A stretch of DNA of 64,000 bases from Bacteroidota bacterium (GCA_031412295.1 JANOCU010000032.1:66956-130955); one strand, 5' to 3'; positions 10,183 through 23,475 are shown, counted from the first letter of the stretch. Numbers and translations: made by a program. Notes: generated from the letters alone by a model not told the origin.

Positions 10183-10304
10183 CAAAATAAAAAGAGCACG
10201 GCACGTCCAACGAAGCTTCAGCGCAGTTGGATCTTCCGCTCAAAAGAAAAGTTATCCCGAAAGGGAAAAGTGAAAATAGAAGTCCATTGCATCTCCTGAT
10301 CATC

Positions 10305-10376
<72 letters not shown>

Positions 10377-10506
10377 CACAAAGTTCCGGCTTTGAGAGTA
10401 AACAGCTCAACCAGGGGGAATGAGGCAACCGGATTTGAAAAATATTGAAGAGTAACATTACGAAACACAGAAACACAAACAATAATCAACACCAAAAACA
10501 ATAGCA

Positions 10507-11694
10507 ATGGCAAAAGAAAAATTTGACCGCTCCAAACCACACGTGAACGTTGGTACCATCGGTCACGTTGACCACGGTAAGACAACACTTACTGCTGCAA
10601 TCACAACTGTACTTGCATCTAAAGGTCTCGCGGAAATCCGCGACTTTTCGTCAATCGATAACGCTCCTGAAGAAAAAGCACGTGGGATCACAATTAATAC
10701 ATCACACGTTGAATACTCAACTGCTGCGCGTCACTACGCTCACGTAGATTGTCCTGGTCACGCTGACTATGTAAAAAACATGGTTACAGGTGCTGCCCAA
10801 ATGGACGGTGCTATCCTTGTTGTAGCTGCAACAGATGGTCCTATGCCACAAACACGTGAGCATATCCTTCTTGCTCGCCAGGTTGGTGTTCCTGAACTTG
10901 TTGTGTTCATGAACAAAGTTGATATGGTTGATGATCTTGAGCTTCTTGATCTCGTTGAGATGGAGATCCGTGATCTTCTTGTGTTCTACAAATTCGATGG
11001 AACAAAAACTCCGATCATTCGTGGATCTGCACTTGGCGGATTGAATCAGGAGCCGAAATGGGTTGAGAAAATCATGGAATTGATGGATGCTGTGGATACT
11101 TATATCCCGACTCCTACACGTGATAAAGACAAGCCTTTCCTGATGTCTGTTGAGGACGTTTTCACAATCACAGGTCGTGGAACAGTTGCAACTGGTCGTA
11201 TCGAAACCGGCGTTGTAAACGTTGGTGAAGATGTTGAGATCATCGGAATGCAAGAGGAAAAACTCAAATCAACCTGCACAGGTGTTGAGATGTTCCGTAA
11301 GCTTCTTGATCGCGGCGAAGCTGGTGACAACGTTGGTCTTCTCCTTCGTGGTATTGATAAAGATGCAATCCGTCGTGGTATGGTTATCGCGAAACCGGGT
11401 TCTATCACACCTCACCACGATTTCAAAGCTGAGATCTACGTTCTTAAAAAAGAAGAAGGTGGCCGTCACACGCCATTCCACAATAAATACCGTCCACAGT
11501 TCTACTTCCGTACAACAGATGTAACAGGAGAAATCGAACTTCCGGAAGGACGCGAAATGGTAATGCCTGGTGATAACGTTACAATCACAGTTAAATTGAT
11601 TGTTCCGATCGCTATGGATAAAGGTCTTCGTTTCGCGATCCGCGAAGGTGGCCGTACTGTTGGCGCTGGCCAGGTAACTGAAATTCTTAAATAA
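10507..11694 (+). CDS. tuf: Translation elongation factor Tu
   Basis: 395 aa. [18 protein letters not shown] and NKVD are the G-domain motifs. Confidence 0.97.
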   Translation: MAKEKFDRSKPHVNVGTIGHVDHGKTTLTAAITTVLASKGLAEIRDFSSIDNAPEEKARGITINTSHVEYSTAARHYAHVDCPGHADYVKNMVTGAAQMDGAILVVAATDGPMPQTREHILLARQVGVPELVVFMNKVDMVDDLELLDLVEMEIRDLLVFYKFDGTKTPIIRGSALGGLNQEPKWVEKIMELMDAVDTYIPTPTRDKDKPFLMSVEDVFTITGRGTVATGRIETGVVNVGEDVEIIGMQEEKLKSTCTGVEMFRKLLDRGEAGDNVGLLLRGIDKDAIRRGMVIAKPGSITPHHDFKAEIYVLKKEEGGRHTPFHNKYRPQFYFRTTDVTGEIELPEGREMVMPGDNVTITVKLIVPIAMDKGLRFAIREGGRTVGAGQVTEILK

Positions 11695-11750
11695 ATAAAA
11701 GGTACCTGTTTTCCTTAGCGTACGCTGAGGCGAACAAGATCACAGCAGAT

Positions 11751-11788
11751 CGAAGCTGTTCCCCGCTCAAACGGGGAACAGCTTTCGC
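11751..11788 (+). terminator. Stem-loop downstream of tuf with a 14-bp perfect stem and no U tract
   Basis: GAAGCTGTTCCCCG, loop CTCAAA, then CGGGGAACAGCTTC. It may be a processing or pause site before tRNA-Trp. Confidence 0.4.
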
Positions 11789-11820
11789 TGCCAAAAGGAC
11801 CTCCGGTAACCGAAACAAAA

Positions 11821-11891
11821 ACGGGAATAGTTCAATGGTAGAATAGCGGTCTCCAAAACCGTTGATCTTGGTTCGAGTCCAGGTTCCCGTG
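11821..11891 (+). tRNA. tRNA-Trp (anticodon CCA)
   Basis: The acceptor stem ACGGGAA pairs with TTCCCGT. The anticodon stem-loop is GCGGT-CTCCAAA-ACCGT. T loop is TTCGAGT. Confidence 0.85.
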
Positions 11892-11964
11892 CAAAGTCTG
11901 CCGAAGTTTAACATAGTCAGACAAGAATCGCCGGTCAGGCAAAGGCAGGCAAAAAACAAAAGCA

Positions 11965-12156
11965 ATGAATAAACTCAAAGTATACTTTCAGGAAGTCGGA
12001 GACGAGCTTCTCCGCAAAGTAACCTGGCCAACATGGTCAGAGCTGCAGGAAAGCGCAATCATTGTAATGATCGCAACTTTGATTTTTGCGGTTGTTGTTT
12101 TTGCAATGGATTTCACATTCAACAAAGGGATGGAAAAGCTGTATAGCATTTTCTAA
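11965..12156 (+). CDS. secE: Preprotein translocase subunit SecE
   Basis: 63 aa with a single C-terminal transmembrane helix. Its position between tRNA-Trp and nusG is conserved. Confidence 0.85.
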   Translation: MNKLKVYFQEVGDELLRKVTWPTWSELQESAIIVMIATLIFAVVVFAMDFTFNKGMEKLYSIF

Positions 12157-12193
12157 TATTTGAATTTCACAACCAATTAGTTCCCCACGGAAA

Positions 12194-12757
12194 ATGTCAA
12201 AGGTCCAAACAAAAGAACAACAGGTTAAGAAGTGGTATGTATTGCGTGTCGTTAACGGCAAAGAGAAAAAAATCAAGCAATACATCGATTCTGAGATTTC
12301 ACGTCTCGGAATGCAGGATTATGTGACGCAAGTGCTTATTCCGATGGAGAAGGTAATCCAGATCCGCGGAGGAAAAAAAGTAAGCAAAGAGCGTAACATC
12401 TTTCCTGGCTATATCATGCTCGAAGGTATGCTGGTAGGAGAGATCCCACACATGCTCAAAAATATTACCGGCGTAATCGGGTTCCTTGGTTCAAAAACAG
12501 GAGATCCCGTTCCGTTGCGTCAGTCTGAAATTAATCGCATTCTCGGAAAAGTCGATGAAATGGCAGGAGCAGAGGAAACAATGCTCAACACATTTGTGGT
12601 TGGAGAAACAGTGAAGGTGATCGACGGACCGTTCAATACCTTCTCAGGCGTGATCGAAGAGATCAACGAAGAGAAGAAGAAGCTTAAAGTGATGGTGAAA
12701 ATTTTCGGAAGAAAAACACCACTTGAGCTTAATTACATGCAGGTCGAAAAAGAATAG
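12194..12757 (+). CDS. nusG: Transcription termination/antitermination factor NusG
   Basis: 187 aa. The NGN domain is WYVLRVVNGKEKK. The C-terminal KOW domain is GETVKVIDGPFNTFSGVIEE. Confidence 0.95.
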   Translation: MSKVQTKEQQVKKWYVLRVVNGKEKKIKQYIDSEISRLGMQDYVTQVLIPMEKVIQIRGGKKVSKERNIFPGYIMLEGMLVGEIPHMLKNITGVIGFLGSKTGDPVPLRQSEINRILGKVDEMAGAEETMLNTFVVGETVKVIDGPFNTFSGVIEEINEEKKKLKVMVKIFGRKTPLELNYMQVEKE

Positions 12758-12821
12758 ACCTGCCCCTAACTCGCTGTTACGTTGCTTCCACAAATAACAG
12801 AAACAAAGTAAAAAAATCACA

Positions 12822-13265
12822 ATGGCAAAAGAAGTAAGTGCTCTAATTAAACTCCAGATCAAAGGTGGCGCAGCCAACCCGTCTCCTCCAATCGGACCTG
12901 CTTTAGGTGCGAAAGGTGTGAACATCATGGAGTTTTGCAAGCAGTTCAATGCCCGTACGCAAGCTCAAGCAGGAAAAGTTCTGCCGGTTATCATCACGGT
13001 TTATAACGATAAATCATTTGAATTTATCCTTAAAAATCCCCCTGTTGCTATCCAGTTGAAAGATGCTGCTAAAGTGCAAGTCGGTTCCGGTGAATCTAAC
13101 CGTAAGAAAGTTGGATCAGTAACATGGGAACAGGTGCGTGCAATCGCTGAAAACAAAATGCCCGATTTGAATTGTTTCACCATTGAATCAGCAATGAGCA
13201 TGGTGGCCGGTTCTGCCCGCAGTCTTGGTTTCACGGTTACGGGAACAAACCCGCTTGAAAACTAA
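12822..13265 (+). CDS. rplK: 50S ribosomal protein L11
   Basis: [29 protein letters not shown]. Confidence 0.97.
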   Translation: MAKEVSALIKLQIKGGAANPSPPIGPALGAKGVNIMEFCKQFNARTQAQAGKVLPVIITVYNDKSFEFILKNPPVAIQLKDAAKVQVGSGESNRKKVGSVTWEQVRAIAENKMPDLNCFTIESAMSMVAGSARSLGFTVTGTNPLEN

Positions 13266-13347
13266 ATCCGGGAATTCCGGAAGTTTTTAACCCGACGGAG
13301 TTTTTTGTAAAAGACAAAAAACGTTTGTACGTCACAACAGTAATTAA

Positions 13348-14040
13348 ATGGCAAAACTGACCAAAAAAAGAAAAGCGATCATCTCGAAATACGACGCAGC
13401 TAAGTCGTATACGCTCGTTGATGCAGCGAAGATCGTAAAGGAAATTACGACAACTAAGTTCGATGCTTCTGTAGACCTGAGCGTACGCCTCGGTGTTGAT
13501 CCGAAGAAAGCAAATCAGATGGTTCGTGGAACAGTAACACTTCCGCACGGAACAGGTAAAACTCTTCGTGTGCTTGTTATTTGTACCCCGGATAAAGAAG
13601 CTGAAGCGAAAGCTGCAGGCGCTGATTTTGTTGGAGGTGATGAATTTATCACCAAGATCAAAGAAGGCTGGACAGATGTTGACGTAATTATCACTACTCC
13701 GTCTATGATGGGTAAAGTAGGTGCATTAGGAAAAGTACTCGGACCCCGCGGACTCATGCCGAATCCTAAAACAGGAACGGTAACGATGGAAGTTGGCAAA
13801 GCCGTGAAAGATTCCAAAGGCGGAAAAATCGATTTCAAAGTAGACAAAGCAGGGATCATTCATTCCTCTGTGGGCAAAGCTTCTTTTGATGTTGAAAAGC
13901 TCGCTGAAAATGCAAACGAAATTCTTCAGTCGATTCTTAAGCTTAAGCCTGCTTCGGCAAAAGGTGCTTATATGAGAAGTGTTTATCTCTCCAGCACAAT
14001 GAGCCCAAGCGTTCAGGTTGAAACTAAATCGATCGCATAA
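13348..14040 (+). CDS. rplA: 50S ribosomal protein L1
   Basis: 230 aa. [11 protein letters not shown]...[15 protein letters not shown]. Confidence 0.97.
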   Translation: MAKLTKKRKAIISKYDAAKSYTLVDAAKIVKEITTTKFDASVDLSVRLGVDPKKANQMVRGTVTLPHGTGKTLRVLVICTPDKEAEAKAAGADFVGGDEFITKIKEGWTDVDVIITTPSMMGKVGALGKVLGPRGLMPNPKTGTVTMEVGKAVKDSKGGKIDFKVDKAGIIHSSVGKASFDVEKLAENANEILQSILKLKPASAKGAYMRSVYLSSTMSPSVQVETKSIA

Positions 14041-14077
14041 CAGTCTTTTATAATCGGATCATTAACTGATCATCGAA

Positions 14078-14659
14078 ATGAATAAAGAAAATAAAACACA
14101 AATCATCAGCGACCTTGCAGAGAAACTTGCAGCAAGCAAGAATTTCTACCTGGCCGACACTTCTGAGCTTGCGTCTAATAAGACCAGCGCTTTGAGGAGA
14201 AAATGCTTTGATCAAGACATTAAGCTGATTGTTGTAAAAAACACGCTTTTGCAAAAAGCGTTAGAGCGCACAAACGATGAAGAGTTCAAAGCTCTTTATG
14301 TTGCATTGAAAGGCTCTACATCAATCATGTTCAGCGATTCAGCCGCGGCACCAGCGAAACTTATTAAAGAGTTCCGCCTGACAAACAAAAAGCCGGTATT
14401 AAAAGGTGCATTCGTTGAGCAAAGTGTTTATATCGGAGACGATCAATTAGATGCTCTTGCAGCGATAAAATCGAAAAACGAGCTTATCGGCGATGTACTT
14501 GCAGCCCTTCTTTCTCCTATCCGCAATGTCATTGGTGCCCTCACAAACGAGGAACGCAAAATGCCGGGATCGGAAGAAGCAACGCCAGAAGCACCAGCTC
14601 CTGAAGCAACGCCCGAAGCACCAGCTCCGGAAGCATCTACTGAGGAAACACCATCCTAA
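14078..14659 (+). CDS. rplJ: 50S ribosomal protein L10 with an unusual P/E/A-rich C-terminal tail
   Basis: 193 aa. The body is L10-like. The tail reads EEATPEAPAPEATPEAPAPEASTEETPS and is encoded by a 27-nt tandem repeat at about 14574..14650. Confidence 0.9.
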   Translation: MNKENKTQIISDLAEKLAASKNFYLADTSELASNKTSALRRKCFDQDIKLIVVKNTLLQKALERTNDEEFKALYVALKGSTSIMFSDSAAAPAKLIKEFRLTNKKPVLKGAFVEQSVYIGDDQLDALAAIKSKNELIGDVLAALLSPIRNVIGALTNEERKMPGSEEATPEAPAPEATPEAPAPEASTEETPS

Positions 14660-14759
14660 CCCAAGGCTTCAGCCTTGCGACTACCAGACATCCTGGTGAC
14701 AACAAAAACAACAAACCACATCACTCCTAAAGTTAAATCACAAAAACCAAATAAATAAA

Positions 14760-15131
14760 ATGGCAGACGTAAAAGCTATCGCAGAAACGTTAGTTAACCT
14801 TACTGTAAAAGAAGTAAGTGAACTTGCAAAAGTATTGAAAGATGAATATGGAATCGAACCTGCTGCTGCTGCTGTAATGGTTGCTGGCCCTGGTGCCGGT
14901 GCTCCTGCAGCTGCTGAACAAACATCATTCGACGTAATTCTCAAAGCAGCAGGCCCAACTAAGCTTGCTATTGTGAAAATCGTTAAAGATGCAACAGGAC
15001 TTGGACTTAAAGAAGCAAAAGACCTCGTTGATGGCGCTCCAAAGCCTATCAAAGAAGGTGTTAGCAAAGAAGATGCTGAATCACTCAAAAAGTTACTGGC
15101 TGATGCTGGTGCTGAAGTTGAGGTTAAGTAA
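14760..15131 (+). CDS. rplL: 50S ribosomal protein L7/L12
   Basis: 123 aa. It has an Ala-rich hinge and a C-terminal [12 protein letters not shown] motif. Confidence 0.97.
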   Translation: MADVKAIAETLVNLTVKEVSELAKVLKDEYGIEPAAAAVMVAGPGAGAPAAAEQTSFDVILKAAGPTKLAIVKIVKDATGLGLKEAKDLVDGAPKPIKEGVSKEDAESLKKLLADAGAEVEVK

Positions 15132-15152
15132 TTCACTTCTTGCCTGAATTTT

Positions 15153-15188
15153 GGTTTAGATCCTCCAGTCTTATGGAGGATCTAAACC
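15153..15188 (+). promoter_or_regulatory. Hairpin between rplL and rpoB with a 14-bp perfect stem; classical position of the attenuator
   Basis: GGTTTAGATCCTCC, loop AGTCTTAT, then GGAGGATCTAAACC. Confidence 0.55.
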
Positions 15189-15191
15189 CTT

Positions 15192-18100
15192 TTGTTGCTT
15201 ACAGTGCCTTTATTTTCACGCATTAATTCCGAAGCTTTGGAAACGACCAAAAAACAGCAACGCATAAGTTTTGCAAAGAGCAAAGCGCAAATCGATTATC
15301 CGGATTTCCTGGATATTCAGCTGAAATCCTTCCAGGATTTCTTCCAGTTAGAAACCACCAGCGAAAATCGTCAGGACGAAGGTCTGTTCAAAGTATTCAG
15401 TGAGAATTTTCCTATCACTGATGCCCGCAACAACTTCGTGCTCGAATTCCTGGATTATTTTGTTGATCCGCCGCGCTACTCAATTGATGAGTGTATCGAG
15501 CGTGGACTAACTTACAGTGTTCCGCTTAAAGCGAAATTGCGTCTGTATTGTACAGACCCTGAACACGAAGATTTCGAAACAATCGTGCAGGATGTGTACC
15601 TGGGAACAATCCCGTACATGACCCCGCGCGCTACTTTCGTTATTAATGGCGCTGAACGTGTTATCGTATCGCAGCTGCACCGTTCACCTGGTGTATTCTT
15701 CGGACAATCACGCCACGCTAACGGAACAAAGCTTTATTCTGCCCGTGTAATTCCTTTCAAAGGTTCATGGATCGAATTTGCCACTGACATTAATAACGTC
15801 ATGTATGCATACATCGACCGTAAGAAAAAATTACCGGTTACAACTCTCCTCCGCGCAATCGGTTGGGAAAGTGATAAGCAGATCCTCGAACTTTTCGGTC
15901 TTGCCGATGAAGTGAAAGTTTCTAAAGCAGCTTTAAAAGCAGTGATCGGCCGTAAATTGGCTGCTCGTGTTTTGAAAACATGGGTAGAAGATTTCGTTGA
16001 TGAAGATACCGGTGAAGTTGTGTCAATCGAGCGTAACGAGGTTATCATCGATCGCGAAACCATTCTTGAAAATCAGCATGTGGATCTGATCGTTGACGCC
16101 AACGTAAAATCTGTCATCCTGCACAAAGAAGACGCCGCAAATCTTGATTATTCTATCATCTACAATACACTCCAAAAGGATACTTCGAATTCTGAGAAGG
16201 AAGCCGTGGAGCATATCTACCGTCAGCTTCGTAACGCTGAACCACCGGATGAAGAAACTGCCCGTGGAATTATCGACAAGCTTTTCTTCTCTGACAAACG
16301 TTATGATCTTGGAGAAGTTGGTCGTTACCGTATCAACAGAAAGTTAAAAGCAAGCACATCTTCTGAAACACGCGTTCTTACAAAAGATGATATCATCGCG
16401 ATCATTAAATATCTCATCGAGCTTATTAACTCGAAAGCAGATGTCGATGATATCGATCACTTGTCAAACCGTCGTGTACGTACTGTAGGCGAACAATTGT
16501 ATTCTCAGTTCGGAGTTGGTCTTGCCCGTATGGCACGTACCATCCGTGAGCGTATGAACGTTCGTGACAATGAAGTGTTCACACCAACAGATTTGATCAA
16601 CGCGAAGACACTTTCTTCCGTTATCAATTCGTTCTTCGGAACCAACCAGCTTTCACAGTTTATGGATCAGACCAACCCGTTGGCAGAGATCACGCACAAG
16701 CGTCGTCTCTCCGCACTCGGGCCTGGAGGTCTTTCACGTGAGCGCGCAGGATTCGAAGTTCGTGACGTTCACTATACGCACTACGGACGTCTTTGCACTA
16801 TTGAAACACCAGAGGGACCAAACATCGGTCTTATCTCTTCACTTTGCGTTTATGCGAAGATCAACAAGCTTGGATTTATCGAAACACCTTACCGTACAGT
16901 AACAAATGGTAAGATCGATATCAACAAGCCTGTTATCTACTTAACAGCAGAAGAAGAGGATATGCGTACCATCGCTCAGGCAAATGCTGAGACAGATGAC
17001 AAAGGAAACTTCATCGAGAAACGTATCAAAGCGCGTTACGAATCGGATTACCCGGTTGTAGAGCCTGAGCAAATTTCTTTGATGGACGTTGCTCCGAACC
17101 AGATCGCTTCTATTGCGGCTTCTTTGATTCCTTTCCTTGAGCATGATGATGCTAACCGTGCTCTTATGGGCTCGAACATGCAACGCCAGGCTGTACCACT
17201 TCTTCGTCCGGAAGCTCCGATTGTCGGAACCGGTCTTGAAGGATTGATCGCGCGTGACTCACGTGTGTTGTGGCAGGCTGAAGGTGAAGGTGTAGTTGAA
17301 TACGCTGACGCAACAGAGATCACGATCCGTTACAATCGTACAGATAAAGATCGTCTCGTTTCTTTCGACGACGATTTGAAAACATACAAGCTCACGAAAT
17401 TCCGCAAAACCAACCAGAGCACTTGTGTCAACCTTCGCCCTATGGTGAAAAAAGGAGACAAAGTGAAAAACGGTCAGATCCTCTGTGAAGGTTATGCAAC
17501 GAAAGACGCTGAAGTAGCATTGGGAAGAAACCTGAAAGTGGCTTTCATGCCATGGAAAGGTTACAACTTCGAGGATGCTATCGTTATCAGCGAACGCGTT
17601 GTGCGTGATGATATCTTCACTTCCCTTCACATTGATGAATACGTGATGGAAGTGCGTGATACAAAACGTGGTCTTGAAGAATTAACCGCAGACATTCCGA
17701 ACGTTTCTGAAGAGGCTACAAAAGACCTTGATGAAAACGGATTGATCCGCGTTGGTGCTGAAGTGAAAGAAGGAGATATTCTTATCGGAAAGATCACACC
17801 GAAAGGTGAAACAGATCCTTCTCCGGAAGAAAAGCTTCTGCGCGCGATCTTCGGCGATAAAGCAGGTGATGTAAAAGATGCTTCGTTGAAAGTTCCACCA
17901 TCCATTCGTGGTGTGATCATCGACAAAAAACTTTTCTCACGCGCTATCAAAGACAAAAAAGCGAAAGCTGATGAGAAAACACTGGTTGAGAAAATCGACA
18001 AAGAAGAAGCAGTTGAAGCAGCAGCTTTGAAAGCAGTTCTTGTTGAGAAGCTCACATCAATCCTCAGCGGAAAATCTACTCCGGGTGTATTCAGCAACCT

Positions 18101-19046
18101 CAAAGAAGAGGTAGTTGAAAAAGGAACAAAGTTCACCGGAAAAGTGCTTGAAAAAATCGATTTCGCTAACGTAAATCCATCTAAATGGACAAACGATAAC
18201 GACACTAACGATCTTGTAAAAGCAGTGCTTCACAACTTCAACATCAAGAACAATGATCTTGGTGGTGTGTACAAGCGTAAGAAATTCGCTTTACAGGTTG
18301 GTGATGAATTGCCAGCAGGAATTGTTCAGCTTGCTAAAGTTTACATCGCGAAAAAACGTAAGCTGAAAGTGGGAGATAAAATGGCCGGCCGTCACGGAAA
18401 CAAAGGTATCGTTGCGCGTATTGTACGTGATGAAGATATGCCGTTCCTTGATGATGGATCGACTGTGGATATCGTCCTCAATCCGCTTGGTGTACCATCG
18501 CGTATGAACCTTGGACAGATCTATGAAACTGTACTTGGCTGGGCCGGTATGAAGCTTGGTTTGAAATTCGGCACGCCGATTTTCGACGGAGCAACTATTG
18601 ACGAGATTAATGCATACACTGATAAAGCTGGTCTGCCACGTTTTGGCCGTACCTTCTTAACAGACGGCGGATCGGGAGAACCTTTCGATCAACCGGCTAC
18701 TGTTGGTGTGATTTACATGCTGAAGCTCGGTCACATGGTTGACGACAAAATGCACGCACGTTCAATCGGACCATACTCGCTCATCACTCAGCAGCCGCTT
18801 GGTGGTAAGGCACAGTTCGGTGGTCAGCGTTTCGGAGAGATGGAAGTTTGGGCACTCGAAGCATTCGGTGCAGCGAACATCCTCCAGGAAATTCTGACAA
18901 TCAAGTCTGATGACGTAGTAGGCCGTGCAAAAGCTTACGAAGCAATTGTTAAGGGTGAGAATATGCCAACACCTGGCATCCCGGAATCATTCAACGTATT
19001 GTTGCATGAGCTTCGCGGTCTTGCGCTCAACGTCAGCCTCGACTAA
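15192..19046 (+). CDS. rpoB: DNA-directed RNA polymerase subunit beta; the start is uncertain, TTG at 15192 or GTG at 15204
   Basis: About 1,280 aa. [48 protein letters not shown] and [18 protein letters not shown] are rpoB motifs. Confidence 0.97.
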   Translation: MLLTVPLFSRINSEALETTKKQQRISFAKSKAQIDYPDFLDIQLKSFQDFFQLETTSENRQDEGLFKVFSENFPITDARNNFVLEFLDYFVDPPRYSIDECIERGLTYSVPLKAKLRLYCTDPEHEDFETIVQDVYLGTIPYMTPRATFVINGAERVIVSQLHRSPGVFFGQSRHANGTKLYSARVIPFKGSWIEFATDINNVMYAYIDRKKKLPVTTLLRAIGWESDKQILELFGLADEVKVSKAALKAVIGRKLAARVLKTWVEDFVDEDTGEVVSIERNEVIIDRETILENQHVDLIVDANVKSVILHKEDAANLDYSIIYNTLQKDTSNSEKEAVEHIYRQLRNAEPPDEETARGIIDKLFFSDKRYDLGEVGRYRINRKLKASTSSETRVLTKDDIIAIIKYLIELINSKADVDDIDHLSNRRVRTVGEQLYSQFGVGLARMARTIRERMNVRDNEVFTPTDLINAKTLSSVINSFFGTNQLSQFMDQTNPLAEITHKRRLSALGPGGLSRERAGFEVRDVHYTHYGRLCTIETPEGPNIGLISSLCVYAKINKLGFIETPYRTVTNGKIDINKPVIYLTAEEEDMRTIAQANAETDDKGNFIEKRIKARYESDYPVVEPEQISLMDVAPNQIASIAASLIPFLEHDDANRALMGSNMQRQAVPLLRPEAPIVGTGLEGLIARDSRVLWQAEGEGVVEYADATEITIRYNRTDKDRLVSFDDDLKTYKLTKFRKTNQSTCVNLRPMVKKGDKVKNGQILCEGYATKDAEVALGRNLKVAFMPWKGYNFEDAIVISERVVRDDIFTSLHIDEYVMEVRDTKRGLEELTADIPNVSEEATKDLDENGLIRVGAEVKEGDILIGKITPKGETDPSPEEKLLRAIFGDKAGDVKDASLKVPPSIRGVIIDKKLFSRAIKDKKAKADEKTLVEKIDKEEAVEAAALKAVLVEKLTSILSGKSTPGVFSNLKEEVVEKGTKFTGKVLEKIDFANVNPSKWTNDNDTNDLVKAVLHNFNIKNNDLGGVYKRKKFALQVGDELPAGIVQLAKVYIAKKRKLKVGDKMAGRHGNKGIVARIVRDEDMPFLDDGSTVDIVLNPLGVPSRMNLGQIYETVLGWAGMKLGLKFGTPIFDGATIDEINAYTDKAGLPRFGRTFLTDGGSGEPFDQPATVGVIYMLKLGHMVDDKMHARSIGPYSLITQQPLGGKAQFGGQRFGEMEVWALEAFGAANILQEILTIKSDDVVGRAKAYEAIVKGENMPTPGIPESFNVLLHELRGLALNVSLD

Positions 19047-19094
19047 TTTCAACCGATTCAGTTTTTATTTTCACGAACGAAAACAAAACAAAAC

Positions 19095-22000
19095 ATGTCT
19101 TTCCGAAAAGATATCAAAATAAAAAGTAACTTCTCTACGATCACGATCAGCCTGGCTTCCCCGGAATCCATCCTTGAGCGTTCGAGCGGTGAAGTGCTTA
19201 AACCGGAGACTATCAATTACCGTACTTACAAACCTGAACGCGATGGTTTGTTCTGCGAGAGGATCTTCGGACCAGTGAAAGACTGGGAGTGCCATTGCGG
19301 TAAATACAAACGTATCCGGTACAAAGGAATCGTTTGCGATCGTTGCGGTGTTGAAGTAACAGAGAAAAAAGTACGTCGTGAGCGCATGGGTCATATCAAT
19401 TTGACTGTGCCTGTTGCTCACATCTGGTACTTCCGTTCTTTGCCAAACAAAATCGGTTACCTGTTAGGTCTTCCTACAAAGAAGCTTGACATGATCATTT
19501 ACTACGAGCGTTATGTAGTAATCAACGCCGGTATCAAAGGTGAAGACGGAATTCAGTACATGGACTTTTTAACAGAAGAACAGTACTTAGAGATCCTTGA
19601 CACACTTCCAAAAGAAAATCTTCACCTCGATGACATGGACCCTAATAAGTTCGTGGCGCGTATGGGTGCAGAAGCGTTGTATGATTTATTGCAGCGCACA
19701 AAATTGGATGAGCTTTCTTACGACTTACGTCACAAAGCAAATACAGAAACTTCACAGCAGCGTAAAAACGAGGCGCTCAAACGTCTCCAGGTTGTTGAAG
19801 CATTCCGCCAGGCAAACAAACACGTTGAAAATCGTCCTGAATGGATGATCATCAAAGTTGTTCCTGTTATTCCACCGGAGCTTCGTCCACTCGTTCCGTT
19901 AGATGGCGGACGTTTCGCTACTTCTGATTTGAACGATTTGTATCGCCGTGTGATCATTCGTAACAATCGTCTTAAGCGTCTTATCGAAATCAAAGCTCCT
20001 GACGTAATTCTCCGTAACGAGAAACGTATGTTGCAGGAAGCTGTCGATTCATTATTCGATAACTCACGTAAATCAAACGCTGTAAAAACAGAATCAAACC
20101 GCGCCCTCAAATCGCTGTCTGATTCCCTCAAAGGAAAACAAGGCCGGTTCCGTCAGAATTTGCTCGGAAAACGTGTCGATTATTCTGCGCGTTCGGTTAT
20201 CGTCGTTGGACCGGAATTAAAATTACATGAGTGTGGTTTGCCAAAAGATATGGCAGCCGAGCTTTTCAAACCGTTTATCATTCGCAAGCTCATCGAGCGT
20301 GGAATCGTGAAAACAGTTAAGTCAGCGAAGAAAATCGTTGACAGAAAAGATGCAGTTGTTTGGGATATCCTCGAGAATGTACTTCGCGGACACCCGGTCC
20401 TTCTGAATCGTGCTCCAACACTTCACAGGTTAGGTATCCAGGCTTTCCAGCCAAAACTGATCGAAGGAAAAGCGATCCAGCTTCACCCACTCGTTTGTAC
20501 AGCGTTCAACGCCGATTTCGATGGTGACCAGATGGCGGTGCACGTTCCGTTAGGAAATGCAGCTATTCTTGAAGCGCAGATTTTGATGCTTGCTTCACAT
20601 AACATTCTTAACCCTGCGAATGGTGCGCCGATTGCGGTTCCATCACAAGACATGGTACTTGGTCTGTATTACATGACCAAAGGAATGCGCACAGATAAAA
20701 TCGTTACTGTAAAAGGTGAAGGTTTGAAATTCTACAGCGCTGAAGAAGCAATTATCGCTTACAACGAAGGACGCGTTCAGCTCCATGCATGGGTGCACGT
20801 GAAAATTCAGAATCACAAAGAAGGCGACAATCTTTTGCCTAAAGTGATCGAAACAACAATGGGTCGTATCATCTTCAACCAGGTTGTGCCTTTCGAAGCA
20901 GGTTATATCAATGAGCTTCTTACGAAAAAATCGCTGCGTGATATTATCGGAGCGATCGTGAAAGAAACAGGTATGGCTAAAACAGCTAAGTTCCTCGATG
21001 ATATCAAAGAACTTGGTTTCCGTATGGCGTTCAAAGGTGGACTTTCGTTCAACCTTGGTGACATCATCGTTCCGGAAGAAAAGCCGCAAATGATCAAAGC
21101 TGCTAACGAACAGGTTGAGGAAGTCAGATCAAATTACAACCTTGGTTTCATTACCAACAACGAGCGTTACAACCAGATCATTGACATCTGGACACATACA
21201 AACAATAAAATCACGAAACGTGTACTTGACCAATTGTCATCAGATCGCCAGGGCTTCAACCCGGTGTATATGATGCTTGATTCCGGTGCGCGTGGATCTA
21301 AAGAGCAGATCAAACAGCTCGGCGGAATGCGTGGACTGATGGCAAAGCCGTCAAAGGCAGGTTCATCAGGCGGGGAGATCATCGAGAATCCCGTTATCTC
21401 CAACTTCAAAGAAGGTCTGTCAATTCTTGAGTACTTCATCTCCACTCACGGTGCGCGTAAAGGTCTTGCCGATACTGCTCTTAAAACAGCGGATGCGGGT
21501 TACCTCACACGTCGTCTCGTTGACGTTGCACAGGATGTTGTAATCACAGAAGAAGATTGCGGAACACTTCGCGGACTCATTGCAGTTCCGTTGAAGAAAA
21601 ATGAAGAGGTTGTAGAATCATTGCACGATCGTATTCTTGGTCGCACAGCGGTTCATGATGTATACGATCCACAAACAGGCGATCTTATTATCGAATCAGG
21701 TTCTGAGATCACTGAAGGTTATGCAATGCTTATTGATAACACAGCAATCGAATCTGTTGAGATCCGTTCGGTACTTACCTGCGAATCGAAACAAGGTGTT
21801 TGCGGAAAATGCTACGGACGTAATCTTGCATCGGGCCGCATGGTTCAGCAGGGTGAAGCTGTTGGTGTTATCGCAGCGCAATCAATCGGTGAGCCGGGTA
21901 CACAGCTTACACTTCGTACCTTCCACGTTGGAGGAACTGCGTCGAGTATCGCTGCTGCTTCTAAACTCGAAGCGAAATACGACGGTATCATCGAGATCGA

Positions 22001-23390
22001 AGAGCTTCGTACTGTAAAACGTAAGAATGCAGAAGGAAATATGGTTGATGTTGTTATCGGCCGTTCTGCTGAGATGCGTATCATCGATACCAATACAAAG
22101 ATCGTTCTTACCACAGGTAACGTTCCTTACGGTTCACAGCTTTATGTGAAAAACGGGCAGAACGTGAAGAAGAATGAAGTGATCTGCGATTGGGATCCTT
22201 ACAATGCGGTTATCGTTTCTGAATTCGGTGGTAAGCTTGAATTCGAACATATCGAAGAAGGTGTTACTTTCCGTGAAGAGTCTGATGAGCAAACCGGATT
22301 TGCTGAGAAAGTAATTATCGAAACAAAAGATAAAACGAAGAATCCTTCTATCCGCATCATGGGTGGAAGCGATATCCTGAAAAACTATAACCTTCCTGTG
22401 GCTGCGCATATCGTTGTTGACAATGGTGCGAAGATCGAACCGGGTCAGATCCTGGTTAAGATCCCACGTGCTCTTGGAAAACAAGGTGATATTACAGGAG
22501 GTCTTCCACGTGTAACTGAATTGTTCGAAGCACGTAATCCTTCGAATCCTGCAGTTGTTTCTGAAATTGACGGTGTTGTTACTTTCGGAAAGATCAAACG
22601 TGGTAACCGTGAAGTTATGGTTGAGTCACGCACAGGGGAGCGCAAAACATATCTTGTTCCGTTATCAAAACATATTCTCGTACAGGAAAATGACTTCGTC
22701 CGCGCAGGAGAAGCATTATCTGATGGATCAATTTCGCCTGGTGATATCCTCGCGATCAAAGGACCAACAGCAGTACAGGAATATCTTGTTAACGAGGTGC
22801 AGGAAGTTTACCGTTTGCAGGGTGTAAAAATCAATGACAAACATTTTGAAGTAATCGTTCGTCAGATGATGCGCAAAGTGGATATCGTTGATCCGGGTGA
22901 TACAATTTTCCTTGAGACACAGTTGGCAAACAAAGCTGACTTCATGGAAGAGAACGATCGTCTCTACGGCAAAAAAGTTGTTGTTGAACCTGGTGATTCA
23001 CAAAGTCTCAAAGCAGGACAAATCATTTCCGCACGTAAATTGCGCGATGAGAATTCCATGTTGAAACGTAAAGATCAGAAGCAGGTTGAGGCACGTGATG
23101 CTGTTCCTGCAACATCTTCACAGATTCTTCAAGGTATCACACGTGCATCGTTACAGACTAACTCTTGGGTATCAGCTGCTTCCTTCCAGGAAACAACAAA
23201 AGTCCTCAACGAAGCTGCTGTCAACGGAAAAGTGGATATCCTCAACGGACTCAAGGAAAACGTTATTGTTGGTCACCTTATTCCAGCCGGAACAGGTCAC
23301 CGCACTTACGAAAAGCTTGTGGTTGGTTCGAAAGACGAATACGAAAAGCTCCTCGCTGCGAAAAAAGAAGCGATGGAAGAAGAAGCATAA
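19095..23390 (+). CDS. rpoC: DNA-directed RNA polymerase subunit beta prime
   Basis: 1,431 aa. The zinc-binding motif is [23 protein letters not shown]. The catalytic motif is [12 protein letters not shown]. The C-terminal domains are present. Confidence 0.97.
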   Translation: MSFRKDIKIKSNFSTITISLASPESILERSSGEVLKPETINYRTYKPERDGLFCERIFGPVKDWECHCGKYKRIRYKGIVCDRCGVEVTEKKVRRERMGHINLTVPVAHIWYFRSLPNKIGYLLGLPTKKLDMIIYYERYVVINAGIKGEDGIQYMDFLTEEQYLEILDTLPKENLHLDDMDPNKFVARMGAEALYDLLQRTKLDELSYDLRHKANTETSQQRKNEALKRLQVVEAFRQANKHVENRPEWMIIKVVPVIPPELRPLVPLDGGRFATSDLNDLYRRVIIRNNRLKRLIEIKAPDVILRNEKRMLQEAVDSLFDNSRKSNAVKTESNRALKSLSDSLKGKQGRFRQNLLGKRVDYSARSVIVVGPELKLHECGLPKDMAAELFKPFIIRKLIERGIVKTVKSAKKIVDRKDAVVWDILENVLRGHPVLLNRAPTLHRLGIQAFQPKLIEGKAIQLHPLVCTAFNADFDGDQMAVHVPLGNAAILEAQILMLASHNILNPANGAPIAVPSQDMVLGLYYMTKGMRTDKIVTVKGEGLKFYSAEEAIIAYNEGRVQLHAWVHVKIQNHKEGDNLLPKVIETTMGRIIFNQVVPFEAGYINELLTKKSLRDIIGAIVKETGMAKTAKFLDDIKELGFRMAFKGGLSFNLGDIIVPEEKPQMIKAANEQVEEVRSNYNLGFITNNERYNQIIDIWTHTNNKITKRVLDQLSSDRQGFNPVYMMLDSGARGSKEQIKQLGGMRGLMAKPSKAGSSGGEIIENPVISNFKEGLSILEYFISTHGARKGLADTALKTADAGYLTRRLVDVAQDVVITEEDCGTLRGLIAVPLKKNEEVVESLHDRILGRTAVHDVYDPQTGDLIIESGSEITEGYAMLIDNTAIESVEIRSVLTCESKQGVCGKCYGRNLASGRMVQQGEAVGVIAAQSIGEPGTQLTLRTFHVGGTASSIAAASKLEAKYDGIIEIEELRTVKRKNAEGNMVDVVIGRSAEMRIIDTNTKIVLTTGNVPYGSQLYVKNGQNVKKNEVICDWDPYNAVIVSEFGGKLEFEHIEEGVTFREESDEQTGFAEKVIIETKDKTKNPSIRIMGGSDILKNYNLPVAAHIVVDNGAKIEPGQILVKIPRALGKQGDITGGLPRVTELFEARNPSNPAVVSEIDGVVTFGKIKRGNREVMVESRTGERKTYLVPLSKHILVQENDFVRAGEALSDGSISPGDILAIKGPTAVQEYLVNEVQEVYRLQGVKINDKHFEVIVRQMMRKVDIVDPGDTIFLETQLANKADFMEENDRLYGKKVVVEPGDSQSLKAGQIISARKLRDENSMLKRKDQKQVEARDAVPATSSQILQGITRASLQTNSWVSAASFQETTKVLNEAAVNGKVDILNGLKENVIVGHLIPAGTGHRTYEKLVVGSKDEYEKLLAAKKEAMEEEA

Positions 23391-23414
23391 AACCTTCTTT
23401 CTTTATAGAACAGA

Positions 23415-23450
23415 AAGTCCTCTCAACTCAGTTGGGGGGACTTTTTTTTT
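23415..23450 (+). terminator. Rho-independent terminator after rpoC
   Basis: AAGTCCTCTCAACTCAGTTGGGGGGACTT followed by a T9 run. Confidence 0.75.
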
Positions 23451-23475
23451 GCTATTTTAGAAGTAATTCCTTAAG

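Noticed and set aside
15734-22759. Numerous antisense and alternative-frame ORFs of 60 to 190 aa within rpoB and rpoC
   Set aside because: They are embedded in strongly conserved RNA polymerase coding sequence and lack independent support.
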